Assembly (NCBI GenBank): GCA_040753015.1
Contig: JBFMHM010000001.1
Span: forward strand, 211,157 to 275,156
Reading direction: 5' to 3'
Source of the DNA: Candidatus Omnitrophota bacterium
GTDB taxonomy: Bacteria; Omnitrophota; Gorgyraeia; Gygaellales; JBFMHM01
DNA: 64,000 nucleotides
The notes under the pieces were generated by a model. That model made no database searches. It was not told the DNA's origin and saw nothing but the letters and a program-made list of their open reading frames with translations. Every line of letters begins with the position of its first letter. Within the stretch, counting starts at the first letter, position 1. Positions 30,361 through 38,013 of this stretch are shown here, in pieces. The position numbers and the translations under genes are program-made.

Positions 30361-31561
30361 AGATATTTTCTTTCGTGACTTTGTTAATTTTTAAATTTAC
30401 TAATTCTCGCCTTAGATCATTTTTTGAATCTACCAATATCTTTATATAATTATCAGTATAACCGACCTGGAAGCCGTTTTTTTTATCACGAGCCGACTCA
30501 ACTAAAACCCTAACTTCTTTATTTAAGAATTTTTTATGGTATTGGTAAGCTAAATTATCACAAACTTTTTTCAATTCTAAGAAGCGTTTTTTCTTATCTT
30601 CATCAGAAACTTTTGGAAAAAACTCAACAGCCTTTGTACCAGCTCTATCACTGTAAGAAAAAATATGAGTCCTAGAAGGATTAATTTTTTTTATAAAATT
30701 TAGTGTGTTTAAAAAATTTTTATTAGTTTCATAAGGAAACCCTATTATAACATCAGTTGTAATTGCAATTTGCGGAATTTTTTTTCTTAGATTACTTACT
30801 AATCCTAAAAAATCTTTTGTCAAAAATTTACGGTTCATTTTTTTTAAAATTCTATCGTCTCCGGATTGCAAAGGTAGATGTAAATGTTTAGAGATAAATT
30901 TATAATTACAAATTGCTTTAATTAAATCTTTACTAACATCTTCTGCCTCGATCGAAGAAAGACGAATTCTAGCAATATTATTAATTTTTCCTAATCGCTC
31001 TAAAACATCGGCCAATGATAGCTTAGGCGACAAATCCCGGCCATAGGCACCTAAACAAATCCCAGTTAAAACTATCTCTTTAAACCCCCTCTCAGTTAAA
31101 CAATTTACTTCTTTGATAATTTCATCTAGCGGGCGGCTTTTTGATCTGCCGCGTACCAGAGGCACCTTACAATACGAACAAAAATTGTCACAGCCATCTT
31201 GAATTTTTACAAATGCCCGATCATGGCCTTTAAAATCGGAAATACCATAAGTTTTCTGACTATTTTTTATAATCTCAACCCTGCCGCCAAACCTATTTAA
31301 AATTTTATCCTTATCTTTTTCAACAAGACAACCCGTTACAATAATTTTGGCTTTTGGGTTTTCTTTGATAGCACGGTTGATTAAATAGAAAGATTCTCTG
31401 TCGGCTTTATCTGTTACTGTACAAGTATTAATTACATAAACATCAGCTATTACCCCAGAAGATACTTCCGATAAATTTTGAGGGGATAAATTTTCACGGA
31501 TAGCCTGCGACTCATACTGATTTACTTTACAACCAAGGGTTAGAATTTTAAATGTTTGCAT
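30341..31561 (-). CDS. mtaB: tRNA methylthiotransferase MtaB
   Basis: TLGCKVNQYES, NTCTVT, CDNFCSYC; C-terminal TRAM-like region. Confidence 0.93.
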   Translation of the reverse strand: MQTFKILTLGCKVNQYESQAIRENLSPQNLSEVSSGVIADVYVINTCTVTDKADRESFYLINRAIKENPKAKIIVTGCLVEKDKDKILNRFGGRVEIIKNSQKTYGISDFKGHDRAFVKIQDGCDNFCSYCKVPLVRGRSKSRPLDEIIKEVNCLTERGFKEIVLTGICLGAYGRDLSPKLSLADVLERLGKINNIARIRLSSIEAEDVSKDLIKAICNYKFISKHLHLPLQSGDDRILKKMNRKFLTKDFLGLVSNLRKKIPQIAITTDVIIGFPYETNKNFLNTLNFIKKINPSRTHIFSYSDRAGTKAVEFFPKVSDEDKKKRFLELKKVCDNLAYQYHKKFLNKEVRVLVESARDKKNGFQVGYTDNYIKILVDSKNDLRRELVNLKINKVTKENIYAKYPC

Positions 31562-31568
31562 GAAATAA

Positions 31569-32312
31569 TTACGGGCGAACACATAGGTTCACCCCTACAG
31601 CTACAAAAATAGCTGCAGTATCTACTTTTAATATTCTCTTACCAAGTGTTACTGGTTTCGAACCATGTTTAATAGCGAATTCGACCTCTTCTTTTGTAAA
31701 ATCTCCCTCTGGGCCGATTAAAGCTAAAATTTTCGGACAGGCACATGGGCCTGTCCCTACAGAACAAATTGCATCCTTAAATGTAACTCGTTTACCCTCT
31801 AATGTCGGGATAATTATTAAATCATATTTTTCGTCAAAAATATCTTTAAAAAATTTAATTTCATCAATCTTAGTAATTATTGGATTGGAACTTTGTTTGG
31901 CAGCCTCTCTTGCAATTTTCCTAAAACGCTCGGCTTTTTGCCTTACTTTATCAACCGACAATCTTACAATTGTGCGTTCAGTAACTATTGGTATAATCCG
32001 AAAAACACCAAGCTCTGCCAGTTTTTCGACAATATATTCAAACTTTGCATTTTTAGGAAGCGCGCAGGCAATAGTCAGTTCGGACGTCTGTAGAGACGCA
32101 TTGCAATGCGTCTCTACAATTTTCACAACAATCTCATCTTCATTAATCTTATCAATTATGCCAGCATAACTATTTCTTTTTTCATCAAATAAATTTATCT
32201 TATCACCCAAATTATATCGGCGGGATTTTATAATATGCGCAATCTCTTTGGGGTCAGTAATTAAAATTAAATTACTATTAATGTTTTTTGATTCTGCGAA
32301 AAATTGACTCAT
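31569..32312 (-). CDS. rsmE: 16S rRNA m3U1498 methyltransferase carrying three REP-like insertions
   Basis: KLAELGV, EAAKQS, IGPEGDF, LGKRILKVDTA. Confidence 0.93.
   Translation of the reverse strand: MSQFFAESKNINSNLILITDPKEIAHIIKSRRYNLGDKINLFDEKRNSYAGIIDKINEDEIVVKIVETHCNASLQTSELTIACALPKNAKFEYIVEKLAELGVFRIIPIVTERTIVRLSVDKVRQKAERFRKIAREAAKQSSNPIITKIDEIKFFKDIFDEKYDLIIIPTLEGKRVTFKDAICSVGTGPCACPKILALIGPEGDFTKEEVEFAIKHGSKPVTLGKRILKVDTAAIFVAVGVNLCVRP
31573..31598 (-). repeat. GTAG-type REP-like hairpin forming the rsmE 3' end
   Basis: GTAGGGGTGAACCTATGTGTTCGCCC, translated as VGVNLCVRP. Confidence 0.7.
31735..31760 (-). repeat. GTAG-type REP-like hairpin inside rsmE
   Basis: GTAGGGACAGGCCCATGTGCCTGTCC, translated as VGTGPCACP. 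Confidence 0.75.
32090..32117. repeat. GTAG-type REP-like palindrome inside rsmE
   Basis: Identical to 17558-17585; translated as VETHCNASLQ. Confidence 0.9.
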
Positions 32313-32318
32313 AATAAA

Positions 32319-32394
<76 letters not shown>

Positions 32395-32398
32395 TAAG

Positions 32399-33031
32399 TT
32401 AACTAATTGATTGTTCGCGGCAGGCAACATTCGTGGTAAGACTAACTTCAGGATTATTTATTGGATGCGGGTTTGGATCATTTATGTTTTGCCGAGTACG
32501 AAGTGTAAGTTGATAAACTAATGGCGTATCATCATTGGTATTACCATTATTATTGTAATCAACAAGAACTGGCTCTACCTGCAATTCAACATCCCTCGCC
32601 AATACGGTATCTTCAATAACGCCTACTTGATTCGGACTAACTCTCATAAATCTTAATTGTTTATTATTATTGGTATATACATATCTACCTACCTCATCGG
32701 TATTAGTAAATTCACCAAATGGAGAAGCAACATCATGCTTAATCTCTAATATTATACCAACGCCAGGCTCAACCCTTAATGCAACTGTCGGATTATCCTT
32801 ATATCCAATCCCAGTATAGACATTTTTTACAATATGTTCCATAACCGGCGAGATACGGTTCAAAAGTTCGGCCTGCTTATCTTGTACTGTACCCATCCTA
32901 CGCGACCAGATTTCAACTGTTCCAGCAGTAAGCGCTACCATACCAACCAAAGTTATAGCAATAATTAATTCGATTAATGTTATACCTTTATCTTTACGCT
33001 TTTCGCTTTGCACTTTTCGCTTTCTCATCAT
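32399..33031 (-). CDS. Minor pilin/pseudopilin (PilW/GspJ-like)
   Basis: Class III signal G|ITLIELIIAITLVG; start probably at the ATGA overlap with the upstream stop. Confidence 0.8.
   Translation of the reverse strand: MMRKRKVQSEKRKDKGITLIELIIAITLVGMVALTAGTVEIWSRRMGTVQDKQAELLNRISPVMEHIVKNVYTGIGYKDNPTVALRVEPGVGIILEIKHDVASPFGEFTNTDEVGRYVYTNNNKQLRFMRVSPNQVGVIEDTVLARDVELQVEPVLVDYNNNGNTNDDTPLVYQLTLRTRQNINDPNPHPINNPEVSLTTNVACREQSIS
32992..33025. repeat. Heptamer-repeat arm encoding the pilin leader
   Basis: 32/34 identical to 52285-52318 at the secDF 3' end. Confidence 0.8.
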
Positions 33032-33384
33032 CTCGGTGGCGTCCATCTAACAGTAACCGTGACTTTTCGACAGGTTGAGTTATCAACATTCTCAACTCTA
33101 TAACTTTTAGAATAATTAATTATACCTTCTCGCTCAGCCGGCAACACAACATCATCCATAACCCTAAGCCCGCCTGTATTCCAAGTATCAGCCCTAACCT
33201 GATCTTTTAAACTCTCTAAAACACCGCGCGCAATATTTATTGCCTGTAAACGGTATTTTGCATGAAGCGCAAAACGCTTACCAGCGGTAAATGTAGCAAG
33301 AAGCCCGGCAATAACACTTACTAAAATAACCATCGCCACAACCACTTCAACCAAAGTTAAACTTCTTTTACTAAATATTCGCAT
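33028..33384 (-). CDS. Minor pilin/pseudopilin (PilV/GspI-like)
   Basis: S|LTLVEVVVAMVILV; C-terminal KVTVTVRW. Confidence 0.8.
   Translation of the reverse strand: MRIFSKRSLTLVEVVVAMVILVSVIAGLLATFTAGKRFALHAKYRLQAINIARGVLESLKDQVRADTWNTGGLRVMDDVVLPAEREGIINYSKSYRVENVDNSTCRKVTVTVRWTPPR
33331..33364. repeat. Prepilin-leader direct repeat, copy 1 (in the intact gene)
   Basis: CATCGCCACAACCACTTCAACCAAAGTTAAACTT. Confidence 0.9.
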
Positions 33385-33385
33385 A

Positions 33386-34012
33386 TTAAATTTTCTTTGC
33401 CATTTTTCTTACCTCTGCTTCAAAATATTTTTTAACTTCTTCCCAACTTATTTTCTTAAGCATCCTCGGCATAATACTTACATCTGCATCAATAAAATAA
33501 ACCAAACTTTTTTGAATATGAATTATATTCGAAGCGAGCGTTCCATATTTACGGTCATAAAAAAGCAGCATATCTTTTAAAGAAATGCCGCTTTGACAGA
33601 GAAAATAAAGATCAATAAAATCTCTTTTTATTCCACGTGTTGAAATAGCGTCTATTTTCATTGCGGCAATATCCCGTAAATCAAGAATATTTATATTAAA
33701 TAACGGATTAGAACCAAATAAAACAGGGTACTTATAATAAAAAATGCTGAATTTTGCTTCATTAATAGTTCCTAATAATGTTGCCCATCTTTGCTGCTCT
33801 AATTTAAAACCAACAGCTTTCCTTAAACCATCTGCTAAAACACTTGTATCAAATTCTTCCGGCGTAAAAAAATCCAAATCAACCGAAATTCTATGCCCCA
33901 ACTGTAACGCGCAAGCAGTTCCACCAGCTAAATAAGCTTTATCAAAAAACGCTGTTTTACCTAATAAAATTAGAGCGTCTTTAGTTTCTTTAGATAAGGT
34001 TTCTGTAAACAT
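33386..34012 (-). CDS. AbiEii/AbiGii-family nucleotidyltransferase toxin
   Basis: YLAGGTACALQLGHRISVDLDFF, AAMK, RDFIDLY. Confidence 0.85.
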   Translation of the reverse strand: MFTETLSKETKDALILLGKTAFFDKAYLAGGTACALQLGHRISVDLDFFTPEEFDTSVLADGLRKAVGFKLEQQRWATLLGTINEAKFSIFYYKYPVLFGSNPLFNINILDLRDIAAMKIDAISTRGIKRDFIDLYFLCQSGISLKDMLLFYDRKYGTLASNIIHIQKSLVYFIDADVSIMPRMLKKISWEEVKKYFEAEVRKMAKKI

Positions 34013-34263
34013 AAAATTTTTTTCTTGTCAATACCGAAAACAACTGCCCAAAAATTCGCACTCATTGGTGAAACCATACGAAAATGCGTTAACGCATAGG
34101 CAATTTGATGTTTAGTAAAATGCTTACTCATCCAATTAACAGCCGTCTTATCGCCATATTCAAGCATCCTGCATAAAACATCTTGCCGGCCGTGCTCTAA
34201 TCTTAGTTTGTCAAACTCTACATCCCAGAAATACTTTTTTAAAAATTTTGGCAGTTTTGTCAT
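33970..34263 (-). CDS. Putative antitoxin (DUF6922-like)
   Basis: LKKYFWDV...RMLEYGD; overlaps the 5' end of the AbiEii-like gene. Confidence 0.7.
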   Translation of the reverse strand: MTKLPKFLKKYFWDVEFDKLRLEHGRQDVLCRMLEYGDKTAVNWMSKHFTKHQIAYALTHFRMVSPMSANFWAVVFGIDKKKILCLQKPYLKKLKTL

Positions 34264-34264
34264 T

Positions 34265-34333
34265 TTACTTCTCTAAAATCATCGCCACAACCACTTCAAC
34301 TAAAGTTAGGGATTTATTTTGACTTATCCTCAT
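34265..34333 (-). pseudogene. Truncated pilin-leader mini-ORF (repeat copy 2)
   Basis: MRISQNKSLTLVEVVVAMILEK*; 34280-34308 matches copy 1 at 28/29. Confidence 0.8.
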
Positions 34334-34662
34334 TTAATCTTCTCAATTTGAATTTTTAGTTTTGGTAATTTATCTTCAATTACATCCCAAACAATCTCCC
34401 AATTTACACCAAAATAATAGTGAATAATTTTATCGCGTAGGCCCGATATTTTCTTCCACTCAATTTCTTTATATCTTAATCTAATATTCGCAGGGATATG
34501 CTTAGCTGCTTCGCCAATAATTTCTAAATTACGCACAACAGCATCACGTGTTTTCAAATCTTTCAAAAATTTTTCATACCTTAAATTACCAACATAAGAA
34601 TCAATTCTTTCGATACTTTCTAATATATCTTTTAAAAACTCTATATTTTCTCTTTTAACCAT
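34330..34662 (-). CDS. HEPN/DUF86 ribonuclease toxin (HepT-like)
   Basis: DAVVRNLEIIGEA; RX4H motif RDKIIH followed by YYF. Confidence 0.9.
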   Translation of the reverse strand: MVKRENIEFLKDILESIERIDSYVGNLRYEKFLKDLKTRDAVVRNLEIIGEAAKHIPANIRLRYKEIEWKKISGLRDKIIHYYFGVNWEIVWDVIEDKLPKLKIQIEKIK

Positions 34663-34960
34663 AAATTACACTTTTTTTAATATCATCTTTAATGGTTTTT
34701 ATAGATATACTTTTTACGCCCATTGGCGTCAAAACATCTACTTTCTTACCAAAGACTTTTTCAAGAAAAAATACTAAATCCATAAAATTATCAAAACTAG
34801 GTTTTTTAAATTCAACCAAAAAATCAATATCACTTTTTTTTGTTTGTTCTTGGCGAGCATAAGAACCAAACAAACCAATTTTTTTTACCTGATATTTTTC
34901 TAATTCAGTATTGTGTTTTTTTAATTCTTCAAAAATATTTTTTTTAGTTAAATTCTTCAT
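34655..34960 (-). CDS. Minimal nucleotidyltransferase antitoxin (MntA-like)
   Basis: GLFGSYAR...SDIDFLVEF; start placed at MKNLT. Confidence 0.9.
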   Translation of the reverse strand: MKNLTKKNIFEELKKHNTELEKYQVKKIGLFGSYARQEQTKKSDIDFLVEFKKPSFDNFMDLVFFLEKVFGKKVDVLTPMGVKSISIKTIKDDIKKSVIYG

Positions 34961-35021
34961 ATTTATCCATCGCCACAACCACTTCAACCAAAGTTAAACT
35001 TTTTTTATTAATAATTTGCAT
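34944..35021 (-). pseudogene. Truncated pilin-leader mini-ORF (repeat copy 3)
   Basis: MQIINKKSLTLVEVVVAMDKYEEFN*; 34968-35001 is 34/34 identical to copy 1. Confidence 0.8.
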
Positions 35022-35047
35022 AGTTATTTTTATCTAAAAAAGAGAAC

Positions 35048-35098
35048 CCTGCCGGCAGGCAGGCCTGACTACCGTTAGGTAGTCGTCCCCTTTTCTCT
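35048..35098. repeat. Cluster of short GC-rich palindromes upstream of the TA array
   Basis: CCTGCCGGCAGG(CAGG), GACTACC-GTTA-GGTAGTC, and CGTCCCCTTTT (also at 37155-37165). Confidence 0.55.
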
Positions 35099-35118
35099 TA
35101 TAAATAAATTTATTTTAC

Positions 35119-35565
35119 CTACGGATTTGGACAACCTTCGCCACTACATACTATCTCATTATCATCAATACTTAATGACCAAGTTCGCGCATTAGCCTCA
35201 GCGACATTCTGTCTTACAGAATGTATCGCAATGCTTCCAGCACCCCATCTAACATTATTAACTCCATACGCCCAATTTGAATTATTAACAGGTAAATCTA
35301 GATTAAGTTCTTGATTAAGTTCGGCAGTACACGGAAAGGCGTTTCCGCAAACATAATAAACATTATTATGCTTTAACGCATAAATTTTTTCTGCGGCTGC
35401 AATTAGCTTTAAAACGGTTTTTGCTTCTTCATCTCTTGCCCGCTCTGCCTTGCCTAAATAATTCGGAGCAGCTAAACTTACCAAGATACCAATCAACACA
35501 ACTACAATAATAAGTTCAATTAAAGTAAAACCTTTTATTTTCATTTTATCCTTTACTCGAATCAT
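35119..35565 (-). CDS. Type IV pilin-like protein
   Basis: G|FTLIELIIVVVLIGILVSLAAPNY. Confidence 0.9.
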   Translation of the reverse strand: MIRVKDKMKIKGFTLIELIIVVVLIGILVSLAAPNYLGKAERARDEEAKTVLKLIAAAEKIYALKHNNVYYVCGNAFPCTAELNQELNLDLPVNNSNWAYGVNNVRWGAGSIAIHSVRQNVAEANARTWSLSIDDNEIVCSGEGCPNP

Positions 35566-35581
35566 TGTTTATAACTAATCA

Positions 35582-36022
35582 TTACGGACCACCTGGCGCC
35601 TCGCCCCAAGGATCAGGAGGGCCGCCTCTACCCTCTACAGACATATCATGTATTTGGCAATCTTTATTAAGCCACAAAACATCCTGCCCCGAAGACGATC
35701 TTTGAGCTACAGCGAAAAAATTGTCGGCATTCGCGTTTTCAACACGAAAATTCCAATTTCGATTAACACTATAAGGAATGCTTAACCCAAGTTCAGTATT
35801 GCATGCCTCTGTCGTAGCACAACTCCTGTAAATCTTGGTAGATTCAAAAATATCTTTCTCTGCAGCACAAATTAATTGTAAAATTGCCGCTGCTTCATTA
35901 TTAATTGCCTTTTCTCTACGGCCAAAATAATTGACCATGCCAATACCTGCTAAAATCCCAATTAAAAGAATTGTAATTACAAGTTCAATAAGGGTAAAAG
36001 CAATTTTTTTATTTTTTATCAT
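35582..36022 (-). CDS. Type IV pilin-like protein
   Basis: A|FTLIELVITILLIGIL; Gly/Pro-rich tail. Confidence 0.85.
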   Translation of the reverse strand: MIKNKKIAFTLIELVITILLIGILAGIGMVNYFGRREKAINNEAAAILQLICAAEKDIFESTKIYRSCATTEACNTELGLSIPYSVNRNWNFRVENANADNFFAVAQRSSSGQDVLWLNKDCQIHDMSVEGRGGPPDPWGEAPGGP

Positions 36023-36029
36023 TATAATC

Positions 36030-36398
36030 TTAAATTCGCAATACATCGTCATTAATATTGCCGCTGATTAAATTAATCGTAATAATATATCTGTTTGCTG
36101 TGCAGCGTTCGGCGACAGCTTCATTACCAGATGAATAATAACTAAAAAATCTTTCTGGAGAACATCCTCCTAAACCTCCAAAACCTAAATCTGCTAAATT
36201 TTCAGTATATGCCCCATGCTCATTCTTCCAGATTTCTTGAGCAGTGCGAATTTCAGCCAACATTCTATATGCTTCAGCTGCCCTGCCTCGTTCAAGCTGT
36301 TTTTGAAATCTGGGTATTGCAAGGGTAGCAAGAAGGCCCAATACTATAATTACAACTACCAGCTCGATTAGGGTGAATGCTCTACCTTGCTTCTGCAT
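36030..36398 (-). CDS. Type IV pilin-like protein
   Basis: A|FTLIELVVVIIVLGLLATLAIPRF. Confidence 0.9.
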   Translation of the reverse strand: MQKQGRAFTLIELVVVIIVLGLLATLAIPRFQKQLERGRAAEAYRMLAEIRTAQEIWKNEHGAYTENLADLGFGGLGGCSPERFFSYYSSGNEAVAERCTANRYIITINLISGNINDDVLRI

Positions 36399-37080
36399 TC
36401 GCTATGACCCCCAACCCCCAAGCCTGGTCACAAACTAAATCACCATCAGTATCAACACAAAATTCTCGATTACCAGTCACCAGATCCGTATATTCAAAAA
36501 GTATGCCGGGATTACCATCATTATCAAGAATAGGATCAGCATCAGCTGGCCAAGCCACTATAACAGCATCATCTCCTGCACTTCCTGACGCTCCATCTAC
36601 TCGATCACCTACTTGCGGATGACCACCGCCAGCATTTCCACCGCCGCCTGCGCCAAGACCACCGTCGGCACCACCTGCGCCGCCTGGGATATTTAGAGGC
36701 GATAACGCGCCCGTAGCTAAATCAATGTTTATTTTATATTCTTCTGGCCAATTAGGCTGCTTACCACTAGCATTTCTGCTGCATCTATAAGCAACAGCTA
36801 AATTCTGCCCAGCACGATTTGCGACTATCCGATAAAAAAAATAATGACCAGAATTACACTGTTTTAGCTCTGCCTCAACATCAAACCCTGTTAAATTACC
36901 GTGCTTAACCAAATAAACTTGCGCGTCATCACGAATTGATCCAAGCATTTGATAGGCCTCAGCTGCGCGGCCCTTTTCAAGTTGTATTTGATAGCGCGGC
37001 AAAGCAATTGTAACTAAAAGCCCGATTACAATTATCACAACCACAAGCTCAATTAAGGTAAATCCAAATTTTTTATTCAT
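36382..37080 (-). CDS. Type IV pilin with Gly-rich linker and acidic C-terminal extension
   Basis: G|FTLIELVVVIIVIG; GGAGGADGGLGAGGGG; DNDGNPG and DTDGDLVCD. Confidence 0.85.
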   Translation of the reverse strand: MNKKFGFTLIELVVVIIVIGLLVTIALPRYQIQLEKGRAAEAYQMLGSIRDDAQVYLVKHGNLTGFDVEAELKQCNSGHYFFYRIVANRAGQNLAVAYRCSRNASGKQPNWPEEYKINIDLATGALSPLNIPGGAGGADGGLGAGGGGNAGGGHPQVGDRVDGASGSAGDDAVIVAWPADADPILDNDGNPGILFEYTDLVTGNREFCVDTDGDLVCDQAWGLGVIANAEAR

Positions 37081-37096
37081 AATCACCGCCTACAAA

Positions 37097-37134
37097 GTAG
37101 AGACGTCTCGCCGCAATTAGGCGGACGTCTCTAC
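37097..37134. repeat. GTAG-type REP-like palindrome with an expanded loop
   Basis: GTAGAGACGTC...GACGTCTCTAC arms enclosing CCGC...GCG. Confidence 0.8.
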
Positions 37135-37176
37135 GAATACATCAAAAACAGAAGCGTCCCCTTTTACCCTTTTTAC

Positions 37177-37617
37177 TTATTGTTGAATCATGTTGGCACA
37201 ACGACCAGCTGCAAAAACATTTTCCGGCGTAATCTGACCATTATGATTAAGTAAAATTCTACCTCCATCACAATATCCCCCATCTCTTTCAGCTACAGCA
37301 GTAAATTCAGTGGCATCTACATCCTCTATTGAAAAGTCCCAGCCATTTAAAGCATCTATCGCGGGTCGTAATGCACCATCAAGTTCATTATCCAAATCTC
37401 CGTTTGCAGCTAAATTACCCGAATAAGTATTAGTTGAAGCATGGACAATACTCTGAGCCTTCCTTATCATATCTAGAACTGCTAATGCACGAGCAACTTG
37501 CCCTCTTTCAAGCATCTTTCGATATTGCGGCAAACCTAATGTAATCAATAAACCAATAATTATAATTACAATTATAAGTTCTACCATCGTAAAACCTTTT
37601 CCCCTAAACATTCTCAT
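37177..37617 (-). CDS. Type IV pilin, probable major pilin
   Basis: G|FTMVELIIVIIIIGLL; strong SD AAGGAGGAG; first gene of the cluster; C-terminal Cys pair. Confidence 0.88.
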   Translation of the reverse strand: MRMFRGKGFTMVELIIVIIIIGLLITLGLPQYRKMLERGQVARALAVLDMIRKAQSIVHASTNTYSGNLAANGDLDNELDGALRPAIDALNGWDFSIEDVDATEFTAVAERDGGYCDGGRILLNHNGQITPENVFAAGRCANMIQQ

Positions 37618-37632
37618 TTTCTCCTCCTTTGT

Positions 37633-37754
37633 AACCGCAAAGACGCTAAATTCGCTAAAACGCGAAATTGTTTTTTTCTGCGTTTTCGCGGTTGTATTTT
37701 GTGTTTTTTATTCTTTTTTGTTGGTATTTTTCTTTTTTTGCGTTTTGGCGGTTG
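37633..37754. repeat. AACCGC...GCGGTT repeat region upstream of the first pilin
   Basis: AACCGCAAAGACGC (37633) is inverted relative to two direct copies of TGCGTTTT(C/G)GCGGTTG (37679, 37739). Confidence 0.6.
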
Positions 37755-37768
37755 CACCTCCTATCTAA

Positions 37769-37798
37769 AGAATAACACAAATTTATAATAAAAACAAG
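37769..37798 (-). promoter_or_regulatory. Possible sigma70 promoter for the pilin cluster
   Basis: TTGTTT-17 bp-TATTCT with extended TG. Confidence 0.4.
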
Positions 37799-37801
37799 TT
37801 T

Positions 37802-38013
37802 AGAAGCGTAAAACGTAAAGCGAAAAATGTAAAATTAAAACTTAAAATTTAAAGTTTCTTGCCCCTTAAAGTCAAAATACTTGAACCTAAAATATTAGCA
37901 AGTTCGCCTGCTTCTTATAATATTCAATACAAATTTATATGCTCTTGTTTTTGAATCCATTTTAAATTTTAAACTATCACTTTGCGTTTTTAGCTTTACA
38001 CTTTACGTTTTCT
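37802..38013. mobile_element. Cassette with ~52-bp imperfect inverted heptamer-repeat arms
   Basis: Left AGAAGCGTAAAACGTAAAGCGAAAAATG...AAAATTTAAA versus reverse complement of right AGAAAACGTAAAGTGTAAAGCTAAAAACG...AAAATTTAAA. Confidence 0.7.
37849..37960 (-). pseudogene. Internally deleted four-helix-bundle protein gene (TIGR02436 / 23S-IVP-like)
   Basis: MDSKTRAYKFVLNII joined out of frame to EAGELANILGSSILTLRGKKL*. Confidence 0.65.

Noticed and set aside
34961-34987. Track N-terminal extension MKWLWRWIN of the MNT gene
   Set aside because: It is the duplicated pilin leader read in another frame; the likely start is the ATG at 34960.
33331-35001. Three ~30-bp direct repeats as a CRISPR array
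   Set aside because: The spacers are 0.65-0.9 kb and contain whole genes, the repeat encodes a pilin motif, and there are no cas genes.
37849-37960. Diversity-generating retroelement, given the Avd-like fold
   Set aside because: No reverse transcriptase and no template/variable repeat pair with adenine-specific mismatches is visible.
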